From assembly GCA_043228905.1 (NCBI GenBank), contig JBHGNT010000004.1, forward strand, positions 15,190,001-15,254,000: a DNA stretch of 64,000 nucleotides. Reading direction: 5' to 3'. The notes beneath the pieces are model-generated. The model was not told where the DNA came from. It ran no database searches and saw only the letters and a list, made by a program, of their open reading frames with translations. The position numbers and the translations under genes were made by a program. Shown one piece after another: positions 22,873 through 35,694 of this stretch; position 1 is the first letter of the stretch, and every line of letters starts with the position of its first letter. The stretch is from Azolla caroliniana. Lineage: Eukaryota > Plantae > Polypodiophyta.

Positions 22873-24419
22873 CTCCTAGCGATCTTTATTGCCCTATCAT
22901 CATCACCGATGCCTATACACTCGTTCTTATTAGACTCTTGTATGTGGACCGTGGCAGTAGTCATGGTCAACTCCTCTTGTACGGTGGATGTCACCTCATT
23001 CTTAAGACAATGTTGTTCGCTCTGAGTACAATCAGGCCCACCTTCATTAGTAACGTTGTTCACTCTACACTCCTCATGGGATTCTGTACAATCAAGCTTA
23101 TCTTCAGGGAAAGAGATGTTCTTTCCACGATCCTCATGGGCTTCACAAGACACTACTAGCACATTCTCAGTACAATCAAGCTCCTCTTCATTACTAGCAA
23201 TGTTCTTTCCATGATCCTCATGGGAATCTTTAGACAGTACTAGCACATTATCAGTACAATCAGTCTTCTCTTCAACACTTGCCACATTATCAGTACAATC
23301 AGTCTTCTCTTCAGTACTTGCCATATTCTTTCCACACTCTTCATGGGCTTCAATCTTCTCTTCAGTACTTGCCATATTCTTTCCACACTCATACGCTTCT
23401 TTAGACATAGTGTTGTTTGTACATGCCAGCTGCTCTTCACATATGAATGCTTCGTTTTTCTCACAATCCTCTCCTTGCAAAGGTTAATTTGTTTCTGACT
23501 CTGCACTTGTGCTCCATGAAGTTCCCGATTCATTTGATTGCAGTTGGGAATCAGACTGCTCTTGTAAACCTAATTAATGGGATTCCAAAGAATATTGGTA
23601 TCAACTCACATACTCAAAAGTTTGCAAACAATGAACATAGGGTTTAGGGCCACATTTTTACCTAATGTTACATCGTCATACTGTACATCCGTAGATACCC
23701 CATTGCAAGTGGTGGGCTCGGTCATCTTCTCCACAACATCTAGGTGCTCAACAGTGTTGTTATGATCTATAATAACAACAAAAATAGGGTTGTTATGAGC
23801 TAAATCATTGTTTTCAAAGTCTGGCTTTTGACGTGTACCTGGGAGTGTGATAAATTCGTCTTCATGATCAGGTTTTGGACTCGTATCTCCGTCACCAAAT
23901 ATCATTTCATCATCAGCTAGTAACACAAGTACATGGTATTAGACAATGGATTAGGTTGACAATGCTCCAGACAGGTGAGAACTTATATGACTCACCATTG
24001 CATTCAACTTTGCCTTTCTTGCCATTTCCATACAACATTCTTGCAACATTTCTCTTCTTACTGGGCTCTATTTGTAAAGAAACTGCATTTCTCTTCTTAG
24101 TGGGCTCTATTTCTTGATGTTGACCGGAGCTTGGGGAATTTGTTTGTAGAAGCATATGTTCCACTGCTCCAATGGCCCTTCTCATACATTCATCCTCATC
24201 ATAAAAATCATAGGTTATTGGTAATGATGGTCCCTGAACCTTGGAATGTGCAGTAGATATTGAGGGTTTAGGCACAGGGGCTGGTTGTTCCATTACCTTC
24301 CCTGGCGTGGAGTTGCTTGACACTACAACATTCATTGCAAGAAACAAAAAAACCTTGAATGTTAGTACCATCATCTAAAATATATAATGTAGGTCACAAG
24401 AGCTGCTTCCCATTTTACA

Positions 24420-25330
24420 CAATGTACCAATCATGAACAATGTACTACTCACATAGTTCCTAAATTACTGAACTAGTACTAATAAGGAACATTGTACTGC
24501 TCACTTAGTTCCCAATTTACACGATTAGTACTAATCATGCACAATATACACAAGTAGTACTAATCATGCACAATATACTACTCACTTAGTTACCAAATTA
24601 CACAAGTACTAATCCCGAAAAATGTACCACTGACTTAGTCAAATTAATAAGTAGTACTAATCTTGAACAATGTACTACTCACTTATTTCCGAAATCACTG
24701 AACTAGTACTAATCCCGAACAATGTACTGCTCACTTAGTTCCCAATTTACACAAGTAGTACTAATCATGCACAATATACTACTCACTTAGTTACCAAATT
24801 ACACAAGGAGTACTAATCCCGAACAATGTAATGCTCACTTAGTTCCCAATTTACACAAGTAGTACTAATCATGCACACTATACTACTCACTTAGTTAGCA
24901 AATTACACAAGGAGTACTAATCCCGAACAATGTAATGCTCACTTAGTTCCCAATTTACACAAGTAGTACTAATCATGCACAATATACTACTCACTTAGTT
25001 AGCAAATTACACAAGGAGTACTAATCCCGAACAATGTACCACTGACTTAGTCAAATTACACAATTAGTACTAATCCTGAACAATGTACTACTCAACAATG
25101 TACCACTGACTTAGTCAAATTACACAATTAGTACTAATCCTACAAAATGTACTACTCACTTATTTTCTAGATTATTGATCTAGTACTAATAAGGTACAAA
25201 ACTAGTACTAATAAGGAACAAAGTACTACTCAGTTCCCAAATTACAAAACTAGTATTAATCATGAGCAATGTACTAGTAACTTAGTTCACAAAGTACAGA
25301 ACTAGTACTAATCATGAACCATGTAGTACT
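24420..25330. repeat. 52-bp tandem repeat with alternating A/B units (104-bp dimer) in a cargo-gene intron
   Basis: AGTACTAATC anchors at 24757, 24809, 24861, 24913, 24965 and 25017, with degenerate copies on both sides. Confidence 0.9.
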
Positions 25331-25906
25331 TACTAAGTACTAATCCAACAAATGTAGATTGGTATTTTGCACACAAGTAATACTAAACATGATATGTGTT
25401 CTACACACCTAGTTACATAACTTGTACTAATTACACCAACAGTATTAATCTTGAACAGTATTAGTACTAAATGTGATATGTGTTTGACACACCTCATTTC
25501 CAAATTACAATAATTGTACTATTATTCAGCAATTTACTATACACCTTTTTCCCAAATTACATTACTAGTACTAATTCCCAAGTTACACAAACAATACTAA
25601 CAGTCAACAGTGTGCTATAAGTATAGTGTTTACTAAACTAATACTAGGCAAGTTGCAATATAGATTGGACGATGTTGTACCTGGTTCCCTTTTAGTACTA
25701 CTAATTCTGGAAAATATCCCTTCAACTACACATACCAATAATATATTAAGAGTATTGCCAATACTAACCCACATAATTAGGGTTCCACATAATAGTTGTT
25801 AGAGATTACACTAAATTTGAAGTATGAATTGTGGCATACACTAGTTCTAGTCCAAATGTTAATTGACATCATATAATACAAACAATAGAATAGTAGAGCC
25901 ACATAC

Positions 25907-26100
25907 CGTACGGGTGTACTTTTAAACCCCAAGCATAGTACCACTCAGCCGCAATTGTAGTTTTACAGTCCAGACATGTATTCTCTTTCTCAAAATGATA
26001 CTTAGCACATAACACATGATATGTGTGCAAGCATGGTGTAATCAGAACATCCATAGCCTCCAGCTTGAATCCGAGGCCACAAAATATACACTTGGAAGAT
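25907..26100 (-). pseudogene. RING-H2 finger exon of the cargo gene
   Basis: CIFC-x15-CLHTYHVLC-x10-CLDC fits C-x2-C..C-x-H-x2-H-x2-C..C-x2-C. Confidence 0.8.
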
Positions 26101-28188
26101 TGCAAACACAAGTTATAATATATTAGCTGCTCACTTATTTATACCAGAGAAGTAGAAATAAATAACTTTTAAAGCCAATACCGTGATATGGCTATACTAA
26201 TAATGGTACTTTCTATACCACTTGGGTGCTCAATTACAGATGGACACAAAGTAGCAAAACCATTTTGTTTTAAATCCTGCATCAAGCATGCAAGGTTCTC
26301 AGAATGCAACTTTAAGGCTGACAGCTTATTATCTATTTCTTCATGTGCATTCCTGCAAGTATCAAGGTCTCTCATCTGTGAACCTAATTGAGTGCCCATA
26401 TTGTTCAACTCTTTCTTCAACTCCTCTTTCAACACCTCACTTTCTGAATTTTGGATTGTCGATGCAATCCATTCATATGTAGTTTTTATTGAAGAAAATT
26501 TCTTTTCTGCCTATATCTCAGCTGATTTAACTGCTTCCAAATCAGCAAGTAGTGTTTGTATTCTTGAGCTCATAGAAGCTATGCAACGACCATCATCTGT
26601 TCATGCTTTTCAGTCATTGTGGCCCGTACCTTTGCCTCTAGAACTTGGTGGACAGGTGTTATAGCTAGAATATCCACATGAGAGGTTCCAGATGACTTCA
26701 AGCCAGTGTTGGTACTGGAGGACCCTTTGTAATGTTCTGACCGGTGCCGATTAAAATCTTCCCAATTTACGTCAATGCCACCTTGAACTTCACATGCAAA
26801 AGCACGTGCAAAAACAGTACCCACCTCATTGTTAGTGATTTGATTTGTATCATAAACATGTTCGTATCTCGTCTTCAATAAATTCATGTATTCCCTCTTC
26901 AAACCACTTATGTGGAATCCTCGCCTTGTGTCGGGATGTGCTGACCCCCAGGTTTTTAACAACCACTCTCTCAGCTCTGGATAAACGTCAGGTCGTGCTC
27001 GAAGGAAATAATTCCATCCAAGAGGTGTGTCTCGACTGATGGAGTGGTACATCTTCTTTCTTTGTGTTGATGAATTCATCACCCTTTCTCTTGTGGGTGT
27101 CTTCTTGTTTTCTTTCATGGGTGTCCTTCTTCCTTCCTTCACTGGTGTCTTCACTTTCTCTTTCATCAATGTCTTCTTTATGGGTGTCCTTCTCGTCATT
27201 GTCCTAGTCAACACAATTCTCAGGGAATGAATATGCATGTACTAGAAGAAAACTCAAGCAATTACCATCAACACATAGCAAATCATCACATTGCATGTAC
27301 AAACCATGTCAAACACACAATAACCCTAAATAGTCGGAAAAAAACTCATCCATGTCAAACACACAGACAATAAAAACAGACGGATAGGAAAGTCAAAGAA
27401 AACGAAAACATTGTAAATCATCATAGCCAACTCCATCACATCGCATGTACAAGCCATGTCAAACACACAAAAACCCAAAATAGTCGGAAAAACACTCATC
27501 CATCTCAAACTCACACAAAATAAAACAGATGGACAAGAAACAAGAACAAAACAAAAACATAGCAACTCATCATAGCCAACTCCATTTACGTTGCATGTAC
27601 AAACATGTCTAACACACAACCACCTCGATCAAAATATTGTCATACATTTTTAAAAGAAACACAGAGAAACACAGAGAAAACAAAAACATACCAGTTGGGC
27701 ATGCAACACATAGACTATGAATAATCAAACCCTAAAAATGGCCATACACATGCAAATAAAAAACAGACAGACAGGAAACATTCAGAAAAAGAAAACATAC
27801 CAGTTGGGCATGCAAAACAGAGAATACCTGGAGGTCGTACAACTTGCAGAGGTACCACACCGTGTTGATTTCGACAAACGAGGCTGCTGCAGAGGAGACA
27901 AACGAGCATACACAAGGAAGGAAAATCAACAACACATACAACGAGCAGGGGAAACAAAAATCTCTACGTATACAGAGTTCAGAGATCGAACCTGGCACAG
28001 AGGGGAACACAAGAACAGCTACGCGGGGAAACAGAGAATCGAAGGTGGAGTGAGAGAGAGAAACAGAAAGAAAGAAAGAAACAGAGCTTCGAAGGTGGAG
28101 TGAGAGAGAGAAAGAGAGAGATAGACCTGTAATAGATATGTCGTCTTTCTTTAACTTTCTGCCACTGTCTGTCTGACAACTTCGAGAC

Positions 28189-28191
<3 letters not shown>

Positions 28192-28240
<49 letters not shown>
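28192..28240. repeat. (GA)n microsatellite, a CT-rich leader of the minus-strand cargo gene
   Basis: About 24 GA units. Confidence 0.95.
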
Positions 28241-28242
<2 letters not shown>

Positions 28243-28513
28243 CTGAGACTGACCAAATGTCACAATGGATACCTTCTCCAGGTGTGCTTTCGTACAACTC
28301 TACCTAGGAGACTGGGGCAACAATTAATGTATTAAATATGGCCTAGGGACATTTCGAGTGTGACGTATAATATCTTTGTGCATTCGAGTGTGACGTAATG
28401 AATTTGTTTTTTGTTTTTTGAAATTTATTTACAATTTTTAATGTTTATTTTCTTCTTCGATTTAGTACTAAATTTTTGGCCAAAAGTTGGTACACCGTAG
28501 CATGCTTCGACCC

Positions 28514-31500
28514 CACAACCAAGGAAGGGCACCGGCAAGGATCTGACACCGTTATATGCGGAGTGTGTCAATATGCTGGAAGGATTAGCAGATGAAGAAG
28601 AAGAGCAATACTTGCTGGAGAACCCGAAGATTGTACCTCTATTCAAAATTGACGTCGCGGAAGCGGTATCACCCTACTTACTGCATTCGGACGGAACCGA
28701 AGCGGAACCGGATAAAGAAGTAATCCGGGAGTTATAGCATGCGCAGGAGGCGTTGGAAAGGGAAATGGCCGTATCCCAGCGCGTAAAAGCGTCCCAATTA
28801 GAAAAGGTAAATCTAGGAACGGCGGAGGAGATAAAACCGGTGCACATCGCCAAAGAAATGAATGCAGAGAACAAAACGGTGATAATTACACTCCTCAACG
28901 AGTTTCGCGACGTCTTTGCCTGGTCGTACGAGGATATGAGAGGCCTGGATCCTCAGTTGTATCAGCACCAGATACATCTGAGCAAATATGCCAAGCCGGT
29001 AGCACAGCGTCGGTATCGGATGAACCCAAACTACGCCGCCAAAGTCAAGGAGGAGATCGACAAATTATTGAGGGTCGGCTTCATCTGTCCCGTAAAGAAA
29101 TCTACATGGCTGAGCCTGATTGTAGTCGTACCGAAAAAGAACGGCAAAATTAGAGTTTTTGTCGACTACCGGAAGCTCAATGCGTCAACGGTAACGGATG
29201 CATTTCCACTTCCGTTTACGGATGGAGTTTTGGATGCCGTCGCCGGTCATGAAGTCTACAGTTTCTTAGAAGGATTCAGCGGGTATAATCAGATCCGGAT
29301 GCACCCTGAGGATCAAGAGAAAACGGCTTTCATCACCGAATGGGGAGTGTTTGTTGCGGTGGTGATGATGTTCGCGTTGAAAACGGCACCAACAACATTC
29401 CAACGGATCATCATGGAGATCTTTGGCGAATACATACCGGCTTTTATGCAAGTGTTCCTTGAAGACTTCGCCGTCTATAGCAGAGAAGAAGATCATTTGT
29501 AGCATCTCAGACTAGGTCTAGAGAAGTGCAGGGCGTACCGGCTAAGCCTGAACCCAGCGAAGTGTGTATTTGGAGTGTCCAGCGGAACGCTACTAGGGCA
29601 TATAGTGAGCAAGGAAGGCATTGTCGTAGATCCGGACAAAGTGAAAGAAATCCGGGAAGCACTGGCACCGGCAACGGCAAAGGCATTGAGCCGTTTCCTA
29701 GGACAAATCCGCTGGCATAGCCGTATGCTCCGATATTTGGCGGACCTGGCTACACCTCTGCATGCAGCAGTACATCGAACACCGTTCCAATGGACCGGCA
29801 TCGAAGACAAGGCGTACCGGGCACTAAAGTTGTTTTTGTCACAAGCACCGGTAGTGCAGCCTCCGGATTGGAGTAAAGAGTTTCATGTGTTCGTGGACGC
29901 TTCCGATATCGCAATCGGCAGCGCGCTCATGCAACTTACCGAGCCAAGGTGGTACCAGCCAGTGTACTATGCCAGCCGGAAGCTATCCCAAGCGGAACGA
30001 AATTATTCTACCACGGAAAGGGAAGCTTTAGGATTGATCTACAATGTAACAAAATTCAGGCATTATTTATGTTGGGAGACAGGTCCCTCTGGATGGGAAG
30101 GGAGAAGAACAGTGCTGATGAACAAACTCGGCCGAGGCCGATAGGTAAATCTAGCAACCGGATGAGGAGTACCCGGCTACGGAGAGCCGGATGGTGCAGA
30201 CCCGGTGAGAACTGGATGAGGAGTACCCGGCTACGGAGGACCGGATGGTGCAGACCCGGTGAGAACCGGATGAGGAGTACCCGGCTACGGAGAGCCGGAT
30301 GCTCTGGATGAAGAGACATATTCGTAAATATGTTTCTGAGAATCCATCATGGCTATATTTGTAAATAGCTGAAAAGTCATATTAGTATAAATATGACTTA
30401 GGGCAAACTTTTAGTTGTTGTTGTCATTCTTTTTGGTGCAAGGAAAGAGAGAGCGCGTAACTGTGTACAGAGAGAGAGAGAGAGAAAGAGGTCGTTGCCT
30501 CTGTTGTAACCGCCGCCTGTAGCGAGGATCGTGAGCACGAGGTCGTTGCCTCCGTGAACTCACAGTTGTACATTCTAACATAGTGATAGTTTGCAGCCTG
30601 TGGGCTGCCGTGGTTTTTCCCTTAGTTTGGGTTTTCCACGTAAACATCCTGCGTACTCGTCTCTTCTTCGTGTCGTTCATTATTTCCCGTTTTCTGTGTA
30701 TGATTCTAAGCTCGGTTGTGGCCGAGTGTTGCGTATAGGGAGCATGCAGTTCCCGTCAATTTATTGGGAAGAAAGTTCTCCTTCCATGTAGATCATTCGG
30801 CACTCCTCTACCTAGTATCCAAAGCGTCACTTACCGGTAAGTTGGCCCGGTGGACTTTGTTGTTGCAGGAGTTCGAATTCGAGATATTCCACCGACCCGG
30901 CATACAACATGCGGTAGCAGATTATCTAAGCCAGTTAGATTCCGGGGAGACAGGTGACGGAGTACCGAACGAGTTTCTGGATGCAGAGCTTTTTCGAGTC
31001 ACCACGGAAACGGCAACAGATGAAACAGTGGCACAAGAAGATAAGTGGCTAACTAATATGCACCAGTTTCTAAGTACTGGATTGCCTCCGGAGGAGATGA
31101 ACCGGGACGAGAGAAAACACCTTCGGTACAGAGCCGACACTTCTGTTTCTTACAGGACACGCTATACCACAAAGGTGCGGACGGTATCTGGCGATGAGCG
31201 GTGCGCAGCAACAAGAAGGAGGTAATACTACGGGAGGCACACTGCGGAGTCACTGGAGGCCATTATGCCGGAGATGCGACGACAAGGAAAGTATGGCAAA
31301 GTGGCCTATGGTGGCCGACCACATTGAAAGATGCAATCCGGTATGCGAAGGAGTGTGATCTATGCCAACGAATGGGTCAGCCAACGGAACAAGCTCGGAT
31401 GCCACACCAGCCAGTCCTACCACTAGAACCATTCCAGAAATGGGGGTTGGATTTCATCGGGCCATTTAAACCACCGGCAATGAGAACCGGCAACCGGTAT

Positions 31501-32516
31501 GTGATCATCACGACAGATTACTGCACTAAGTGGGTGGAAGCGAAAGCCCTACGAGACAACACCGCGGTGCGGTGTCAACGACAAAATTCTTATACGAATG
31601 CATTTGGTGCTGGTACGGATGCCCCATAGAGCTGATAAGCGACCAAGGAGGGAACTTTCTTGGGCAGGTGGTAGAAAGTTTGATGATGTTCTATGCGGTA
31701 GTACATAAACGAAGCACAACGTACTATCCGCAAGCAAATGGGTTAGCTGAGTCGACAAACAAAACGCTCCAGAATATCCTCCGGAAGATCGTCAATGAAA
31801 ATCGGACAGATTGGGACACAAAGCTGCACAGTGCGCTCTGGGCTTACCGGATAGCGTACAAAACAAGCATCCGGACAACACCGTTCCGATTAGCATTCAG
31901 ATTGGAGGCAGTCATGCCGGTCGAGTTCCAGGTACCAAGCTTACGGATTCAGATTCGGGAACGACTCAATGAGAAGGAATCGGAGGCAATTCGGTTAAAG
32001 GCTCTGTGTGAACTGGAAGAACACCGACTGGCGAGCATTATGCACCTAGAATTGGAACAACGGAGACGGAAAGCATTTGTAGATCGGCACCGAAAGGGAA
32101 ACGAAAAGATGTTCGGGACCGGCAAGCCGGTACTCGTGTTCCAGACACGGATGGGCAAAATGCCAGGTAAACTACGGTTTAGATGGACCAGACCATACTG
32201 GATCACACGCGAGTTCAATGGGTCCTACCAGTTGGGGACACTTGCCGGGGAAGTGCTGGGCAAATGGGTCAACGGATTTAGACTAAAACCATACAAAGGA
32301 CCTATGCCTAAGAACCCATTTGAACGAAAGGCCGCCACCGAATCAGACGCCGGCAGGCCAACCATAACGGCAACCGGTGAAGACGACGGCTACCACCAAG
32401 CCAGTAAGGAGGAGCATGAGCCAGCAACCGAGGAGAGTAGAACGACGGCAAACCGACAAGGGGCCGGCGAGTTGCATGTTTCGGGCAAAGATCCGATAGG
32501 ACCGGAGAAAAACTAA
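28514..32516 (+). pseudogene. Element A pol continuation (RT, RNase H, integrase), disrupted
   Basis: RT 28753-29800 (VDYRKLN; FLED at the YxDD site), RNase H (VDASD, EREAL) split by a solo LTR, integrase (WGLDFIGPF, YYPQANGLAE). Confidence 0.92.
30070..30758 (+). mobile_element. Solo LTR of a Copia family related to 17522-22872, containing a 54-bp repeat x~2.6
   Basis: TG..CA with ATTTA TSD (30065-30069, 30759-30763). Shares ATATGACTTAGGGCAAAC and CTCGGTTGTGGCCGAGTG blocks with the Copia LTR. Confidence 0.9.
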
Positions 32517-32924
32517 CCACACAAGTAAGTTAAAAAAAAAAAAAAGAGAATAAAGGAGCGAATCAAATAAATCATGGAAAGGAGTGGTGGAAACGGCCAT
32601 GCACACGAGGAGTAAAGAGGCACGTCGAAAAGGTACGAGGAGCTATGAATAGGACATTAAACCACCGCCACATGACACGCAATGCTATTATTGTGCACGA
32701 CCTGCACATGCGGAGGCTCGAAAAAGGCGCCAAGATGCAGAGAGAAAAACCCCCACGCATTGAGACCTTCTCCTATCGCAAACCAAGGAGAACAGACGCA
32801 GAGCGACGCGTGAAGATATTATCGTAGAGAGCTCGCACACAAAGAACCCCCTCCCTCAGAACTTTCTCTCTCACATTCTCCCCACCATCAAACCTCTCCA
32901 ACGCTCTCCGACCTCGACGCAGAC

Positions 32925-35640
32925 ATGGACTGCCAAATGCTATCTGAAGCCGCCAAGAAATGGTTACGATAGCACGGTCTGGAGGGTTTCTTAACGATCA
33001 TGGAGGCAGCGCCACACAAGGAGGCCGAGAAGATTATAAAAGAAATCAACACGGAGGTGATCACGGAGGAGGCGATCCGTGCGTTAATAGGCCTTCTGGA
33101 GGGCGGTATCTACACGATCGACAATCCTACCCCCGAGCAACTCTTCAAATATTTCGGTGAGTACTCTCTAGCCAGCAAGGGCTATAAGACACAGGGCGGC
33201 GAAGATATGCTATTCCGGGAAATTGCCCGTGTGCTCCACGAGTTCGGTCACATGTACCCTCGACCCCCAGTCATGCCTCAGAACCGAGTAGGCTTGATCA
33301 TCGCAACGTACGAAGGAGTCAAGGTAGATTGGCTGGTGTTGATTTCCGATGGGCTGTGTACAACCATTGATATAGTAAGGGGAAAGGACAACAAGGAAGG
33401 CCGGAAAATATGGCATGCGGTGACACAATGGCTCACCCTGTTGGCGCCACCAGTCGAGCCCGTCCAAACCAAGAAGCGGGGAAGAGCAACAGACGGCACC
33501 CAGAAACCTGCTTCGAAACGGCAACAATTGTTGGCCTCCAAAGCCACTAAGGGGAAGACTGCCGAAGCAGAGAAGGCGGCGAAGGAGCGCGCCAGCCGGA
33601 AGCGACCGACGGACACGCACGAGAAGACACCGGCACGGGCCTTGAAGAGCCCACTCCACCGACTGGCGCAACAAGAAACGAACACCTTGGCGGCAAGAAT
33701 GAATGCCGGGACTCAGGCGGAAGAGATGGAGGAAGAACCCACGGAGCACCTCCAGCAGCGACCGGTGAAGAGCACCGCAGAATCAGCTGGGAAACTTTCG
33801 GACCCACAGAAGGATGGAACACCCGCAACTCACACGAAGGGAGGTACCGGAACCGGTTCGGATGGAACTGGTCACAGAAGTCCCGGCACAACAGGCAGCA
33901 CCGGCAAGCCCCGTCACCCAAGAGCCGGAGATACAAAGGCCAACCGCCCCAACCGGCCAAGAACAAGCAAACAAGGGGCGACTAGACGAAACACACTCAG
34001 AGCCGGAACGACAAAGTGGTCAGCTGGCAGAACCAGAAGCGCAGCTTGACGCAGAAAGACGGGACCAGCCATCGGCGAGTGAACCCATCAGCCAACTCTC
34101 CGTGCAAGCGCAACAACAGTGCACCAGCAGCCAATGGCTCCGGTGGATAGGAGACCAAATTGCCGGAGTAGTCGGATGCATAGAGGCGGAGGAAAGAGCA
34201 CAAACAGAACGGTTGCTCGTCACAACTAATGAACTGGAGATGGCTCGGTCAAGGATCCGGTGCCTAGAACAAGACTTGGATCGGATCACAAGAGATATGG
34301 CCAAAATGGCCTTAACCACAACGCAGGTCCAAGCACCGGTGACTCCGGTTGATGTACAGAAGAATAAGACCCCGGAGACACAAACTGTCCCGGAGAAAGA
34401 GGCGGCGCAAGCCCAAGAGCTTGCGGAATTACGAGATGAGCTAGCCGCACAAGAAGCATTACGGAGCCGCAAACGCGACTTGAAGAAGGCGGCCGAAGAA
34501 GAATTAAGAAAGACTACTGAGAACCTTCGCCGTGCAGAGGAAAACCTAAGTAAAGGACATCATGCTTACGACCGACTGAAGGAGGAAAAAGAGAAAGTGC
34601 TGCAGGAAAAAGACAAGCTGCGACGGATGGCGGAAACGGAAATCAAGCGGCTGAAGGAAGAGCTCCGGCAACAGAAGGACCGGGAAGACCGCGCGCGCCG
34701 TCAGATAAACCAAAGGCTGAAGCAGAAGACCGATGATTTCGATCATCTGCATCGGGACTACAAGCAGCTGGAAACGGAGCATCAGGAACAGATGGCCGAG
34801 CTCCGGCAAGAGGTTGATAGGGCCACAACGGCACTCGCCGAGGAACGAGCGGAAAGTTCTAGGCTATTGGAGGAAGCGGCGCATGACCGGATGGAGCTCC
34901 ACAAACAGAACCGTGAAGACAAGGAAAGAGCGTCAATGGTACTACAGAGGTTGCAAAAAACATATCAAACTCAATTGTCGCATTATAGGGAGCAGGAGGC
35001 GGACACGGTTCGGATCATCAAGCAGTTGAAGGAAGAGTGACAAGCTGCAGAAAATAAATTACAGATGGGAGCCGAACGGATCCAGTGCATCCTCCGGTCA
35101 TGGCTCACTAAAACCAAAAGCTTGATTGATGACAGCTCTGTGCGTTGGTGGGCAAAATGGGCGCAGAATACCACGGAACTCCAATTGCTTAGGGCGGATG
35201 TTGAAAACCGGCGAAAGGAGGGCGACGACTGTTATATGTTGACCTCGGAGGACTTCACCACCATCAGGGACGAGCTGGTGGAAGATTTCACAGCCCTGGT
35301 AGATGAAAAATTGGTGCAGGTCCGGTAGCTCGTAGCTCAACTGGACGATGATCGGTTCGAGGCTCAAATCCAGTTTGAAAGCTATGAGCGGTCCCGGCTC
35401 CGGGAAGAAAAAGCGCGAAAGGCGGCAACGGTCAACCTTAGTGATGAGGAACCGTCACCGGTGCAAAGACCGGAGGGGGAACAGGCCGGGGTCAGTCAGC
35501 CACAGACAACTCTGACGAAGGAACCAACGACGGAAACACCGGTGCCACAACCACAAACGGAACAACAGCAACAACAAATTCCCGACGAGCCATTGGAAAT
35601 TTTGGAGCAAAGCATTCTGGACATTTTGGACGAAGCGTAA
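32925..35640 (+). pseudogene. Extra 3' ORF of element A (globular N-terminus, low-complexity linker, long coiled coil), disrupted
   Basis: ORF pieces 33000-34049, 33814-35040, 35065-35328, ending at TAA 35640. Homologous to 36569-41456. Confidence 0.8.
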
Positions 35641-35652
35641 AAGGGCCAGATA

Positions 35653-35694
35653 GTGGGTTCGACGTACAAGGTACTGTCCCACGGGCGTGCCATG
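35653..35694 (+). other. tRNA-Arg(UCU) 3'-end-like sequence at the PPT position
   Basis: GTGGGTTCGA..GTCCCACGGGCGTGCCA followed by TG and then the LTR; no purine tract present. Confidence 0.65.

Larger units (their letters stand above)
16200..27238 (-). pseudogene. Multi-exon cargo gene of the DNA transposon (TPxK repeats, unknown domain, coiled coil, RING-H2, acidic repeats, URB2-like C-terminus); frameshifted and interrupted by Copia
   Basis: ORF pieces 26579-27238, 26169-26435, 25869-26111, 23913-24374, 23606-23926, 22873-23480, 17234-17521, 16577-17104. Plausible GT/AG sites. The frame reads through the Copia TSD (KIARS|TSIQEM). Confidence 0.7.
10867..28513 (+). mobile_element. Sola2-like DNA transposon (~12.3 kb without the nested Copia) carrying a transposase and a cargo gene
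   Basis: TIR GGGTCGAAGCAYGCTACGGTGTAC at 10867-10890 and 28490-28513 (1 mismatch). CACA TSD at 10863-10866 and 28514-28517. Removing the element restores the host reading VPTQPRKGTG. Confidence 0.9.

Noticed and set aside
28352-28398. Duplicated TTCGAGTGTGACGTA (TGACG motif) near the right TIR as a cargo promoter element
   Set aside because: The repeat is real, but two short copies cannot distinguish a promoter motif from a subterminal repeat.
10867-28513. CACTA, Mutator, hAT or Harbinger classification
   Set aside because: The termini are GGG..CCC with a 4-bp TSD (CACA is the target, not the TIR), and the catalytic motifs do not fit those superfamilies.
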